A stretch of DNA of 64,000 nt, from the NCBI RefSeq assembly GCF_001194135.2, contig NC_068982.1, forward strand, positions 136,144,960 through 136,208,959. Reading direction: 5' to 3'. Position numbers and translations under genes: made by a program. Below are positions 23,782 through 37,389 of this stretch, piece by piece. Numbering within the stretch: position 1 is the first letter of the stretch; every line of letters starts with the position of its first letter. Origin of the DNA: Octopus bimaculoides. Lineage: Eukaryota. The notes under the pieces are model-generated. The model was not told where the DNA came from, made no database searches, and saw only the letters and a program-made list of their open reading frames with translations.

Positions 23782-24624
23782 NNNNNNNNNNNNNNNNNNN
23801 NNNNNNNNNNNNNNNNNNNNNNNNNNNNNNNNNNNNNNNNNNNNNNNNNNNNNNNNNNNNNNNNNNNNNNNNNNNNNNNNNNNNNNNNNNNNNNNNNNNN
23901 NNNNNNNNNNNNNNNNNNNNNNNNNNNNNNNNNNNNNNNNNNNNNNNNNNNNNNNNNNNNNNNNNNNNNNNNNNNNNNNNNNNNNNNNNNNNNNNNNNNN
24001 NNNNNNNNNNNNNNNNNNNNNNNNNNNNNNNNNNNNNNNNNNNNNNNNNNNNNNNNNNNNNNNNNNNNNNNNNNNNNNNNNNNNNNNNNNNNNNNNNNNN
24101 NNNNNNNNNNNNNNNNNNNNNNNNNNNNNNNNNNNNNNNNNNNNNNNNNNNNNNNNNNNNNNNNNNNNNNNNNNNNNNNNNNNNNNNNNNNNNNNNNNNN
24201 NNNNNNNNNNNNNNNNNNNNNNNNNNNNNNNNNNNNNNNNNNNNNNNNNNNNNNNNNNNNNNNNNNNNNNNNNNNNNNNNNNNNNNNNNNNNNNNNNNNN
24301 NNNNNNNNNNNNNNNNNNNNNNNNNNNNNNNNNNNNNNNNNNNNNNNNNNNNNNNNNNNNNNNNNNNNNNNNNNNNNNNNNNNNNNNNNNNNNNNNNNNN
24401 NNNNNNNNNNNNNNNNNNNNNNNNNNNNNNNNNNNNNNNNNNNNNNNNNNNNNNNNNNNNNNNNNNNNNNNNNNNNNNNNNNNNNNNNNNNNNNNNNNNN
24501 NNNNNNNNNNNNNNNNNNNNNNNNNNNNNNNNNNNNNNNNNNNNNNNNNNNNNNNNNNNNNNNNNNNNNNNNNNNNNNNNNNNNNNNNNNNNNNNNNNNN
24601 NNNNNNNNNNNNNNNNNNNNNNNN
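23782..24624. other. Assembly gap (N run)
   Basis: Ns. Confidence 1.
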
Positions 24625-24666
<42 letters not shown>

Positions 24667-25164
24667 TGTATGTATATATGTGCGCGTGCGCATGTGCGTG
24701 CGAGTGCGAAGATTTTTCCAACCCTATTAGCAATTAAACTCGCGTAATAAAGTTAATACTTTATAGTGTTCATATATCAATAAAAGGTATGTAACAAATA
24801 TGTTCGTACGGGTATATTCTGTGCTAATTTTTGTATATACAACGTACGTGTTTTTTATTCGAATAAATTATAATTGTTACTAATTAAGACCCAAGATCAT
24901 TAGTTTAGCGTGGCTGTTCTAATCGAGTACATTGTCTATAGTCAATGATTGGTACTTTATTTTATTCACCCAAAATGAAGACGGTCAAATTTAGATTCCC
25001 CGATGAAACGTTGCTAGAATTCTGTCATTTTGGTACTCTACACGAATTAAAATTAATATTTTTTGTGATACTTCAGAATTTTTATGCGTATTTTTGTAAT
25101 ATTTCTCACATTACGATATTTAACATCTTTTAATATTTAGTGAAGTGGCACTCAGTTTTCATTG

Positions 25165-25255
25165 ATTGACTTTATGAAAAATTGATGCCCATAAGGCAGT
25201 GCTCCAGCATGGCCGCAGTTAAATGACTGAAACAAATAAAAAAATAAAAGAATAA
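25165..25255 (+). mobile_element. SINE type B 3' fragment
   Basis: AAGGCAGTGCTCCAGCATGGCCGCAGTTAAATGACTGAAACAAATAAA tail. Confidence 0.6.
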
Positions 25256-26086
25256 CCAGGAAATGAAAATGCCTGGCAGAGGTACACAATTAGAGCTTCA
25301 CAGAAATACAGCTTAAACAAAAAGTATTCCAGATGTGTAGTTTAAAACAAGTATATACAATTACTACTTAAGGTTCACTAAAAACATGAAATTCCAACCC
25401 GAACTGCAACTAAAAGCAAGAAAAGATTCCAACTAGTCCTACAATTAAAAGCAACTAAAAGCTGCATAACGACCATTTGGTGTAGATATTTTATGAAGCA
25501 TAAAACGGATGTGTAAGCAAGCAAAACGACTGAAATTCTGTTAGAATATGACATTTATATCCTGAAAACCCATGTTACATGTTACCATGCAGAGGAACGG
25601 AACGTGGAATTATGTGGCTGGGAAGCAAACTTCTGAACCATACAGTCATTCTTGCACCTAATATGTGTGTGTTTGCATTTGTTGTTAAATCGAGTGTTGT
25701 GTCCCACTATGTCTCAAATTTAGTAGTTCATCAAGTAGGAATCTATAAAATAAATGCCAGATTGAAATACGTACTGAGGTCAGTATGATCAATTGAATTT
25801 TTGAAGACGATATCCCATCATGGCGACAGTCGAAGGACTAAACCTAGTAAAGTAATGTTTAAAGAATTAATGGCTTCCAATTACTAACCACATGATATTG
25901 AGTTCAAACCTCGCAGAGAACTTCCAATCGATACCATATTACTATATGCACATCTCAGTCTTCTTGACTTGCAACAATTAACAATTGTAATTTGAAGTTG
26001 AATGTGTAGCAGTAAGAAAGTTGTCTAGATTTCATTAAGCATAATTGTGCGAAATATTTTGAGAAAACGTATTTTATCCCCGCAAC

Positions 26087-26139
<53 letters not shown>

Positions 26140-26585
26140 AGGTGTCTCCGTGGTAACTTGAGCTACTACAAATAGCAGCCAAACCAAACTCTCTTAAAAT
26201 ACACCCTTTTATTAAAAGAAAGACACAGATTAACAGTATTTCAAGAAGAAAAAATCAACAATGCAATGGATCTGCTTCATCAGAGGCAACTCTGTGCTAA
26301 ATAAAACACACTCAAACATACTTTACATTAAAAGATTATCTTCGAAGTTTCATTCCCTGGTAAAACTCCATGTTCTCATTATGCTCTATCTAAGACATAA
26401 AGATTGTTCAGGTAGAATTGCATCCCTTACCTGAAGATCTCAAAATTGTGCGACCCGACCGCGTTTTCAAAATAATTTTTGTACTAAAAAAGAGTTGTTG
26501 CGCAAGAAACATACGCACGCACGCACGCACGTAATCACGCACGCACACACACACACACACATACACACACACACACACACACACA

Positions 26586-27032
26586 NNNNNNNNNNNNNNN
26601 NNNNNNNNNNNNNNNNNNNNNNNNNNNNNNNNNNNNNNNNNNNNNNNNNNNNNNNNNNNNNNNNNNNNNNNNNNNNNNNNNNNNNNNNNNNNNNNNNNNN
26701 NNNNNNNNNNNNNNNNNNNNNNNNNNNNNNNNNNNNNNNNNNNNNNNNNNNNNNNNNNNNNNNNNNNNNNNNNNNNNNNNNNNNNNNNNNNNNNNNNNNN
26801 NNNNNNNNNNNNNNNNNNNNNNNNNNNNNNNNNNNNNNNNNNNNNNNNNNNNNNNNNNNNNNNNNNNNNNNNNNNNNNNNNNNNNNNNNNNNNNNNNNNN
26901 NNNNNNNNNNNNNNNNNNNNNNNNNNNNNNNNNNNNNNNNNNNNNNNNNNNNNNNNNNNNNNNNNNNNNNNNNNNNNNNNNNNNNNNNNNNNNNNNNNNN
27001 NNNNNNNNNNNNNNNNNNNNNNNNNNNNNNNN
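26586..27032. other. Assembly gap (N run)
   Basis: Ns, preceded by (CA)n. Confidence 1.
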
Positions 27033-27121
27033 TCTATTGATTCGGTTATTTCATCAAAAACGAAACTATTATATTTTTACAAATATGAGGTGAATTAAAT
27101 TATTCAGTATTGCGAACCTTT

Positions 27122-27320
27122 GAGAAGCGGGGTGAGCTGGCAGAATCCGTGGCACACCGGGCAAAATTCTTAGCAGCATTTCGTCCTACTTTACGATCAA
27201 ATTTTGTTCAAATTCTGCCGAGGTCGACGTTGCCTTTCATCCTTCCGGGGGTCTATAAAATGAGTACCAGATACACACTTGGGTCGATGTAATCGACTGA
27301 TTCCCTTCCCCACAGATTTT
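27122..27320 (+). mobile_element. SINE type A
   Basis: GCGGGGTGAGCTGGCAGAATC head; GCCTTTCATCCTTCCGGGGTC..AAAATGAGTACCAG core. Confidence 0.7.
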
Positions 27321-27580
27321 CATGATTATTAATTTTGAAAGTTACACCTACGTTAGAAGGTCTCATTTCTTTCTTCGTATTTCATATTAATTAATACAAT
27401 GAGCATATTCCAAATAAAAATCTTCGTAAGATACGGACCTTCACTTTGAAATCTGGGATAATTTAAGTTTCACCAAACAGCTGTTTGGATAAATTCCTAA
27501 AAGGATATCTATGATAATTGGTGTTGAACATAGCTAAGCTCATATCCCAATAGATATGTTCATGCGCACCATCATCAAAA

Positions 27581-27631
<51 letters not shown>

Positions 27632-28127
27632 TATAGGTACGAGCGTATCTTCAAAATTGATATCTTATGAGCGCAATAAAAATATAGGTATGTATTTGTA
27701 AAATTGGGATTTCTTTATTTCACATTGAACAACTAGAGTGTGAGTATCACACGTTTTTGTTTGGCAATGAGTTGGAAGTTACAGTGTCAACTATTTCAGC
27801 AGCCAGTCGGTGTCGAGGTGCGATCACCCTTGAAACTTAATCGCAATAAGTCAGCTAACTTATCACGCAATGATGGTACACGTATTTGAAACTGCTTTCT
27901 TTACATCTCATAACCTATCGTATTTGGAATGGTCGTAAAGCCAGTGTTTCCAAACATTTTTTCATAAATACTCTTCCAAAACACGTTGTATGGAATATAA
28001 TAATATGGAACCAAATATATCAAAGATAGTAATTTGTACTTGTATTTGAAGCAAATATAAACGATTTTATTATTTTCCTTATCAAAATATTCATAGCGTG
28101 AATAATACTCATAAGGTGAATACTTAT

Positions 28128-28335
28128 AGGTTTCAAATTTTGGCACTAGGCCAACTGATTTAGGGGGGGGGGTATAAGTCGATTAAATCGACACAGTGTT
28201 CAATTGGTACTTGTTTTATCGACTCAGAAAAGATGAAACACGTAGTCGCCCTCGGCGGAATTTTAATTCAGAACGTGAAAACGGACGAAATGCCGTTAAG
28301 CATTTTGCCAACGTTTTGATGATTCTGCCAGAACG
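28128..28335 (-). mobile_element. SINE type A
   Basis: Reverse complement of type A head, core and tail. Confidence 0.7.
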
Positions 28336-28999
28336 CCAGCTTATAAAGAGAATAAATATTGCCCCATTTGTTTCTTACAAGATATCATAACAAATAACTA
28401 AAGGTATAAAACTTCACACAATTGACGACACACTAATAATACCCTAAATTTCTGTCTTTCTTACCGCTTTTATGAAAGTAGATTTAGCTACTTTAAAATC
28501 GGTTTCTATCATTACTGATAATGTCAGTCAACGTATTGGCTAAATTGCTGAAGATACTAAAAATCAGGTATGCATGGATGTTTGGACAGAATGTATTAAT
28601 GTAAATAAATAAGAAAGGAATAATTATGATAGCAGACATTATATCAATATGATTGAAATAAGAGTAATTGAAATAACACAGTCCGTTTATTAATATGATA
28701 CCTGTGGCTGATATCCAGCAGCGAGTTTTATAATATTTGGTTCCAAATTTGATGAAACAAATCGTAGACTCAATTGCCGCATAACTTGCAATCGGTTTCT
28801 GCTGTTGATCAAAAGTTGATTTACAGCGTAAAAATGACTTTTTCTCTCAATTACCAGCTTCATTTCGAAACAAAGAATAGTTCTAACTACGTTGCTAAAG
28901 CATATTTTTATACAATTTATGGTTTATACAAAATTTATACAATCTATGGTTTCACAAAACTTCAACTTTACTTCCTCATCCTCTTAAAGTCAGTGATGG

Positions 29000-29625
29000 C
29001 GTCGTATAGAGGATTTTATTTCTCTTTATCACATGTTTTCTTGGATCTCCTGGAGTCTTGCATGCGTAGTGAGCTTGCTACCTGCAGCCTGTGGTAGCAT
29101 GCTATCCGTCCTTTTCTGCTGTTTAATACTTTCCTGATCATTCTGGCAGTGCCAAGGCGGCAAACCTTTTCTAACAGTTCTACTGGGCACTCTATTCCAA
29201 TTTCCTTTATATTCCTCTTGATGCCTTCTGATACTGTTCCCAAAGACCCAAACATAATTGGCACTATATTCACCTTCTTAATTTTCTATAGTCGGGCTAT
29301 TTCGTAATTAAGAGGGTTGTATTTATCTATTTTTACTCCTTCCTTCTTGACTATTCGTGGGTGAAAGGGGCAATATCAACTAAATAGCACGTGAGGTGCA
29401 TATTTTCCACCTACACTGGGTCTGGTCTTTTATGCTGAAGCACCAGATCTGTTTGGATTGGGAAATCCCAGAGGATTTTGGCAGTCTCCGACTCCACCAC
29501 TCTCTGTGGTTTGTACTCATACCACATCTTGCCACTCTCTTACCCCTACATTTCGCAGTTTCCAATGTAGCACCTGATCGTGTCGCTACAACCTGTATAC
29601 TATTATACAGGATGGATTTTGCCTT
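29000..29625 (-). mobile_element. R4/Dong-type LINE 3' fragment (restriction-like endonuclease domain), third subfamily
   Basis: PRIVKKEGVKIDKYNPLNYEIARL*KIKKVNIVPIMFGSLGTVSEGIKRNIKEIGIECPVELLEKVCRLGTARMIRKVLN; frameshifted upstream. Confidence 0.8.
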
Positions 29626-29733
29626 ACATCCTTTTGGGTATAGATAAATTCAGTACCAGTGAAATACTGGGGTCGATATAGTCAACTTATCTTCTTCCCT
29701 CAAATTTCAGGCCTTGTGCTTAAAACAGAAAGA

Positions 29734-29734
<1 letters not shown>

Positions 29735-29807
<73 letters not shown>

Positions 29808-29830
29808 CATCATCACCATCATTATTATTG
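29735..29830. repeat. (ATT)n microsatellite between SINE A fragments
   Basis: Direct reading; type A core/tail fragments at ~29,640-29,725 and ~29,830-29,945. Confidence 0.9.
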
Positions 29831-30185
29831 CTTTACATCCTTCGAGGTCGCTAAAATAAATACCAGGTGAGTACTGAGATCGATTAAATCCACTTATCCC
29901 TCCACCGAAATTGCTGGACTTATGCCAAAATTTGAAGCCACTATTCTTGACGTAATGACTCTCCCATGATACAACAAAATACACAATTTCACATCTAGAA
30001 TCTTGGAAACCAAACACATAAATGAAGCTGTAACAGTCTTTTCACTAAAAAAGACTGCTAAAACTCCTGTCAATATGTTGCTTATGCAGTTAAATTCTAC
30101 TTGTAAATGTATAGCCAGCCTGTATTAACTTAAAACTGATGAGTTTTGTTTTTGCATTTTCTATCTCTGATCTTTCATTTTGCTA

Positions 30186-30255
<70 letters not shown>

Positions 30256-30361
30256 TTTTTATTATTATTATTATTATCATTATTATGGTTCAGTAGTTTT
30301 ATTTTTATAACGTGCTTTATTATTATTATCATTATTATCATTATTATTATTATTATTATTT
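30186..30361. repeat. (ATT)n tracts (3' tail/target of the adjacent LINE)
   Basis: Direct reading. Confidence 0.9.
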
Positions 30362-31762
30362 TATGTTTGACTTTTGTTTTGCATTTGTACAAGTTGGATC
30401 CAAGTCTCACCCAGAGACCTCAAGAGACAACAAGTTAGAAGTTCATGTAGGTGTTATGCCTAGGGTACCATATATTTGGATTTGTACAGTTTTGTTCTAG
30501 TGAATGTTTAAGAAACCATAAGAAAATTATGTGTTTGCTTTAAAATTGAGATCACATAGACAGTATTTTACGTAGGATATGGGCAGTTCCCATGAGCACT
30601 ATCTTTTGAACTTCAGCCATTTTGGGGTTTCCTGGTATCTGAGCTAGGCAGTAATCAGCCCGTTTCGCTGTCATTCCCAGGGCACCTATGACAATAGGTA
30701 TTGTTTTCGTNNNNNNNNNNNNNNNNNNNNNNNNNNNNNNNNNNNNNNNNNNNNNNNNNNNNNNNNNNNNNNNNNNNNNNNNNNNNNNNNNNNNNNNNNN
30801 NNNNNNNNNNNNNNNNNNNNNNNNNNNNNNNNNNNNNNNNNNNNNNNNNNNNNNNNNNNNNNNNNNNNNNNNNNNNNNNNNNNNNNNNNNNNNNNNNNNN
30901 NNNNNNNNNNNNNNNNNNNNNNNNNNNNNNNNNNNNNNNNNNNNNNNNNNNNNNNNNNNNNNNNNNNNNNNNNNNNNNNNNNNNNNNNNNNNNNNNNNNN
31001 NNNNNNNNNNNNNNNNNNNNNNNNNNNNNNNNNNNNNNNNNNNNNNNNNNNNNNNNNNNNNNNNNNNNNNNNNNNNNNNNNNNNNNNNNNNNNNNNNNNN
31101 NNNNNNNNNNNNNNNNNNNNNNNNNNNNNNNNNNNNNNNNNNNNNNNNNNNNNNNNNNNNNNNNNNNNNNNNNNNNNNNNNNNNNNNNNNNNNNNNNNNN
31201 NNNNNNNNNNNNNNNNNNNNNNNNNNNNNNNNNNNNNNNNNNNNNNNNNNNNNNNNNNNNNNNNNNNNNNNNNNNNNNNNNNNNNNNNNNNNNNNNNNNN
31301 NNNNNNNNNNNNNNNNNNNNNNNNNNNNNNNNNNNNNNNNNNNNNNNNNNNNNNNNNNNNNNNNNNNNNNNNNNNNNNNNNNNNNNNNNNNNNNNNNNNN
31401 NNNNNNNNNNNNNNNNNNNNNNNNNNNNNNNNNNNNNNNNNNNNNNNNNNNNNNNNNNNNNNNNNNNNNNNNNNNNNNNNNNNNNNNNNNNNNNNNNNNN
31501 NNNNNNNNNNNNNNNNNNNNNNNNNNNNNNNNNNNNNNNNNNNNNNNNNNNNNNNNNNNNNNNNNNNNNNNNNNNNNNNNNNNNNNNNNNNNNNNNNNNN
31601 NNNNNNNNNNNNNNNNNNNNNNNNNNNNNNNNNNNNNNNNAGTCACGACTGGTATGGCTAGAGCATTGATCGCTTCGATCCTGTTTCTCGCGTTCAGCTC
31701 TGTCTTCAGTATCGCTCTCACCCTGCGATAACATTCTCTTCTGATCCTTTCTCTCACCACTG
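30362..31762 (-). mobile_element. 5'-truncated R4/Dong-type LINE spanning a gap
   Basis: ERIRRECYRRVRAILKTELNARNRIEAINALAIPVVT on one side of the gap and TKTIPIVIGALGMTAKRADYCLAQIPGNPKMAEVQKIVLMGTAHILRKILSM* on the other; 3' UTR; (TAA)n on both flanks. Confidence 0.88.
30711..31640. other. Assembly gap (N run) inside the LINE
   Basis: Ns. Confidence 1.
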
Positions 31763-31794
31763 ATTATTATTATTATCATTATTATCATTATTAA

Positions 31795-31855
<61 letters not shown>

Positions 31856-31885
31856 TAATTAATTAATTAATTAATTAATTAATAA
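31763..31885. repeat. (TTA)n grading into (TTAA)n
   Basis: Direct reading. Confidence 0.95.
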
Positions 31886-32009
31886 TTAATCAGTTAATTA
31901 AGTCACAACTCAAAGAATAAAGTAAATGTCATTTGGAAGTCGGTTTTGCGTTTTTTTTGTAGTTTCAGCTCAGAGCTGTGGCAATGCTGGAGCACCGCCG
32001 TTTTGCTAC

Positions 32010-32505
32010 ACTGTTATTACTGAGATCTTCCTCTAATATGTGGCACTTGGTGTAGAATGGAGTTTGATGTAGCTACCCTCATTTGCACCTCTTGCTGTGA
32101 GGTAGGTTCGTCTGGGACTCTCGACAGGAAGAGGTCCAACCTCGATTTAAAAACACCTACTTCAAGTTTGTACAGGTTCCTTGGGAGAATAGTAAAAAGC
32201 TGTGGGCCCCTGAAACCCAGGCTGTTGCAGTAACTGTTCCTGAAGCGCGATGGCATTGCTGGGATCTTTGGCACTGAGCAGTGTCAACCCGTTCTGGCAT
32301 TGATGTCGCTTTCATTACCAAAATTTGGCACAATTCCTTCCAGGATCTTCCAGATGTATATTACTGCATACCTCTCCTGCCTTCGCTCCAGGGAGTAGAG
32401 TCTTGGCTGTTTCAGCCTTTCCCAGTAGCTGAGCAGTTGCAAAGAGACGATCTTCTTTGTGAAGCTTCGCTGGATTGCTTCAAGGTCCGCTGTTATCAAG
32501 ATTTA
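32010..32505 (-). mobile_element. CR1-type LINE ORF2 C-terminal fragment
   Basis: LEAIQRSFTKKI..LSYWERLKQPRLYSLERRQERYAVIYIWKILEG and GPQLFTILP..FKSRLDLFLSRVPDEP are CR1/L2-group ORF2 end motifs. Confidence 0.8.
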
Positions 32506-33843
32506 TAAATAAAAATTCATTTAAATAGTGGGAAAGCTGGAAGAATCCTTTCGAAAAGGTTCTTTGGACGGTCTTATCATTTTATTGAGGAGGAGTAGTA
32601 TTTCAAAATCTCCATTACTTTCTTTAACAAATTTACAGAACAACCTAATATATATGGTCCGAGTTTTTGATTTTAACAGTAAATATTCTCAAAGCGAGAC
32701 TTCAAGGAAGCTACTCTTTAAGACTTTTAACGAAGTATTCTCATAAATTTTACAGTGAAATTCTAGAGATATCAGGCACTACTTTTTCATATATGACATT
32801 TGACTAACTTATATGGCCCATCATTAGTTTCGCCCGACAATACATTGCTAAAAGGAATACTTGTATCTTCAAGATAACTTTATAAAACCACGAAAATAAA
32901 TTCTCCTTTTGTATCCGCTTTCAATAATCTAAGGAGTAACTGCATACATTTACAACAATTGAAGGAGGATTTTGAGACAAGATTTCAGGCATGATTAAAG
33001 TGCTACTAACCAGATGAAACAGTATAGTCCAAAAATTCTCATAAGATATCATAGCTAATAACTAAATGTGGAAAACTACACACAATTGAACATGGTGTTA
33101 TAAATACCTCAGTTTCTGAAATAATTATCATGGGCATTATCGTAAATATAGATATTTTAAAATTCGTCACTAGAATGTCCCATTTACATATGTAAATGAA
33201 GCATATCATATGAACTCTGTTTTAAGTGTTTTCTGGAAATGTGGTCTTTTAGATGCTATGAAATCATAGCTTCATGTGATATTTTCAGGAAAAAGACAAG
33301 TAGTTTGCCGATCTATATACATGTAGAGCAATAAATCCATTCAGTTGAATTTTTTTTCGCCAACATTGGTTTAACTTTCTCACATTTCTATATTTATTAG
33401 ACTGGCAGAATTATTCGAATTATTTGCATCGCATTCTGCCTTGGTCATGATGGTAAGAAATATCTAAAATTTAAAATAGATTTTCATGTTACCAATATCA
33501 TGAAAATATTATTATATAATTACTGATACTGAATACAGCGGAGTTCTGATCGATGTACACAACGGAACTGTCTGTAAATTGTTTGGTTTATCGACATTTT
33601 TCGACAATTTCGTCAGATGTTTATTTTCAAAGTTTAAAATATTACGAAAAGCAAAAATACAAAAATAAAAATAAAAAACTTCCCAATATTTCATTTTCTT
33701 TTTAATTTTTTGTCATGAATTGTATGTTTGAGAAGTTGACAAGATTCGGTAAAAAAAAAAAAGAAACAGAGTGGAAAATAATATTCAAGACTGAAAATGA
33801 AAAATTTACGCAGAATTTCGGTCGTTCAAACGTCAAAACAAAT

Positions 33844-34061
33844 CATCTCTTCTACTCTAGGCACAAGGCCCGAAATGTTTGGGGAGAGGACCAGTCGATT
33901 AGATCGGCCCCAGTAAGCAACTGGTGCTTTATTTATCGACCCCGAAAAGATGAAACGCAAAGTCGACCTCGGCGGAATTTGAATTAAGAACGTAAAGACA
34001 GACAAAATACCGCGAAGCATTTCGCCCGGCCTGCTAACGATTCTGCCAGCTCACCGCCTTA
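33844..34061 (-). mobile_element. SINE type A, short form
   Basis: Full length; 12-bp TSD GTCAA(A/G)ACAAAT at 33,832-43 and 34,062-73. Confidence 0.88.
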
Positions 34062-35289
34062 GTCAAGACAAATAATGGAATAAAGAGGCATAACAAAATA
34101 TTTCTCCCTAGGGTGGATAGATTTTTTACGCCGGGCTTTTGACTGAAAAATTCACTCTGCAAAGCCGAGGAAAATTTCTGACCGAAGAACTGTCAGGGTT
34201 TTTGAAGCACTGAATGCATCTGGTTTTTATGACCCTTTGGCATTCATAACGCTTTAAAAAATTAAATATTTTAGATATAAACAATTAAAATCTGTTAATA
34301 TATAAATAATTTGGTAGCATAGATTTTTACCCTTCCCTTAGTCTTATTTCACAGAAGTTAATATACAACTTTCTTCCCAGACACCCTCGAGTTTCTACAG
34401 GCCCTATAGGCCCTTTGTGATATAATTTTGCTTGCCGTCCCTTTTACACCTTCAAGCTCCTTTTGTAGGAGGTGACACGTATTCTGGTGGGAAGCAGTTC
34501 AAGCTAAAAAAAATCCATAAATGTTTTGACCGAAAAACTTTAAATCTGGGTCGAACAGCATTAAAGTTTGTGAATCAATGATAACTGCGAAGAAACGAAA
34601 ACAGGTGGGGAGGTTAGCTGACCGATCATTGCATCAGCTTTAATTGAGAATTGGAATATATTATAGAAACACCGCGAAAGGTTAAGTAAGTTTATGCGAC
34701 ATATTTGACGGATGCAGATTTGCTTCTAGTGGACTAAACGTAAAATATCCAGAATATAGAATGTAAAGGGAATGTTCTTTTGGGAAGAAAACATTTTAAA
34801 TGCAAGGGAAGATAAAGTTGAAAAACAGAATATTGGAATATTGGAATAAATCCACATGGTAGGATGGAATGAAGCTATCCATTCTATGGAGTGAAATATG
34901 AGAAGTATTAGAATAAAGAAAGTATTGTTATTTGAATATATTACAACAATTATGAGTCAGAAAGAAGCAAAATGAACATTAAGCAAAGACCATGTAAGTG
35001 TCCAGAATATTGGCTACTATTTTATATAGGCAAATATCATATCTCGTATCTTTCTATAAGCATTATCTCCATAAAAGTAATATAAGCTGATTATTATCAC
35101 ATTCAATGAAATGTGAAACCAAGTAGAATCATTACAGCGTCGGACAGACTGCTTCATTCTGACTCTCGACGATCTGACTCAAAATCCGCAGAAGTTAATT
35201 TTGCTATTCATCAGTTTCTGGGGTCTATAGTACCCATTAAGTACATGCCCTCTGGTCAAAAACGGCCAGACCTATACCCAAATTAGAAA

Positions 35290-35490
35290 GAATCTTGCAG
35301 ATCTGGCAAAATCATTTCTACACGGAAAAAAATGCTTAGTGGCGTTTCTTTTGGCTCTTTACGTTCTGATTGAAAATGCGATCGCAGTAGACTTCGCCTT
35401 TCATACTTACGGAATCGATAAAATGAATACCAGTCAAGCACCAGAGGCGACGTAATCGACTAAATGTCTTTTCAGGCCTTGTTATAAAAA
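35290..35490 (+). mobile_element. SINE type A, degenerate
   Basis: AAATGCTTAGTGGCGTTTC..GACTTCGCCTTTCATAC..GATAAAATGAATACCAG. Confidence 0.55.
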
Positions 35491-35814
35491 AAAAAGTTTA
35501 CCTCCAACCGCTGTCAACGAAATATTTCATCCATTTAGCTATATTATTCCTTATAGCATCGCAGTGTTTGCCACACACCCAAACACGCTCTGTAACACGA
35601 AGGACATTTAACAAATTTACATGGCTTAGATTGGTTCTTTTTTCACGCCTATTAAATCATCTCACCCGCGTATCAACGATATTTAGTATGTATAACTATC
35701 TACTTGTTATCTTTGGTTGAACTTGTTATCGTTGGTTTGACTCATTATTGTTCGTTGCACTACGGGTCATATATAACTGTTATATGCAGGATATTATCAT
35801 ACATTATTTATTGA

Positions 35815-36025
35815 TTTCAAATTTTGTCTCAAACTTAGCAGATTCGGAGGTGGGGTAAGTCGAATACATCGATTCTAGTGATCAACTGGTACTTATTTTA
35901 TGAATTCCGATAGGATGAAACCTAAGTCGTCCTCAGTGACATTCAAACTAAGAACATAAAGACGGACAAAATGCCGCTAAACGTTTTACCTGGCGTTCTA
36001 GCGATTATGCCAGCTTACCGTCTTA
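35815..36025 (-). mobile_element. SINE type A, degenerate
   Basis: Reverse-complement match to type A. Confidence 0.65.
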
Positions 36026-36261
36026 TTATCATACTTTAATATTCCGACTAAATACCCACATCTTCCTTAGAATGGTTTCTGATTTAGGCATAAGGCCAGA
36101 GAGGTTGAGGTGATGGGGAGTAGTCGATACATTCGACCGTGATAAGATGAAATGCAAAGCTAACTGTCATAATTTTGAATTCAGGTACAAGTCATCAAAT
36201 TGTTATCATCAATATATATAGTGTACGAACGCACGCAATCTCTTCAATGAAACAATGGCAT

Positions 36262-36297
<36 letters not shown>

Positions 36298-36363
36298 CGC
36301 TTATAATTTATACACACATACAGACATACACCTACACTCTTGTAGATTGTCTGAGCGTGTGTG

Positions 36364-36395
<32 letters not shown>

Positions 36396-37389
36396 CGTGT
36401 GTAAACAAAATACGTTACCTATCCCTCTAACACAAAGCTACAACGCAGCCATGTAACTGAGTACAGTGATTTCCGGGAAAGAACACTCTTCATATACGTG
36501 TTATATGCATTATAACATTTTAAGTATCCCATCCCACAGGGATTCTTTCTTATTAACTCACTATACAAGGACACGCATCACATCATTACTCTCTCCCTAC
36601 TGGAGTTCTATATACATTTAAAAATGCTGTGTAGTCACATCCTACAAGGTCACGACCACCTATATATCATTGTATATTGAACAACATCACAAGTTTTCAC
36701 ACTTGCTTATTTGCAAACATTTCATATAACGACTGTACCGCTAAACCGAGTCCGTAATATTGCATCTGAGTTTCCCCTGACACTAAGTAATTGCCATTAC
36801 CTAATCCTTATGCTGTATAGAGTCATTAAATTTCAATCACGCAAAATTATACCTTAAATATAGCTAAATGTAATGAATGTAGATATAAGTATAACATAAT
36901 ATTCGTTACCGGTTTACGCAGAAACACTTTATCCCCGGCTGTATCATGTTTCATCACTTCCACCGAACCGGCACCTCGGTAGAAATAGCTTATGTTGTAA
37001 AATATCACGCACAAAATATCACAGAGCTTCTGAATCAGCAGAAACCCTTGGGGAAGCCTTCGTTTTGTTACTTGTCCTAGAATTGGCAGCTTAATTTCCT
37101 CGAAACACATTCTACGATCTTCAAACTGATGCATTGTGTTATATAATCTCGGTTACACGTTTGCTGAAAATGAGAAAGGTTAGTAACGTGTAGAATCTCT
37201 TTCACCATAGGTCGGCCGAATGAGTGTTGACATAGAGCTGAATCAGACCAACAATAGCTAAATCAGCCAAGTAAAGAAAAAACTGACGATAACGATGTGA
37301 ACGGGACTGGAAGAAATGGTTAAGGTGCTGTACCTGGCAGGTGTCCCACTCTACAACAAGGTGGACCCGGTCATAATCCAGCAACTGCT

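Noticed and set aside
27901-28146. 81-aa Tyr-rich minus-strand ORF
   Set aside because: It starts inside a SINE tail, the composition is explained by AT-richness, and no domain is recognised.
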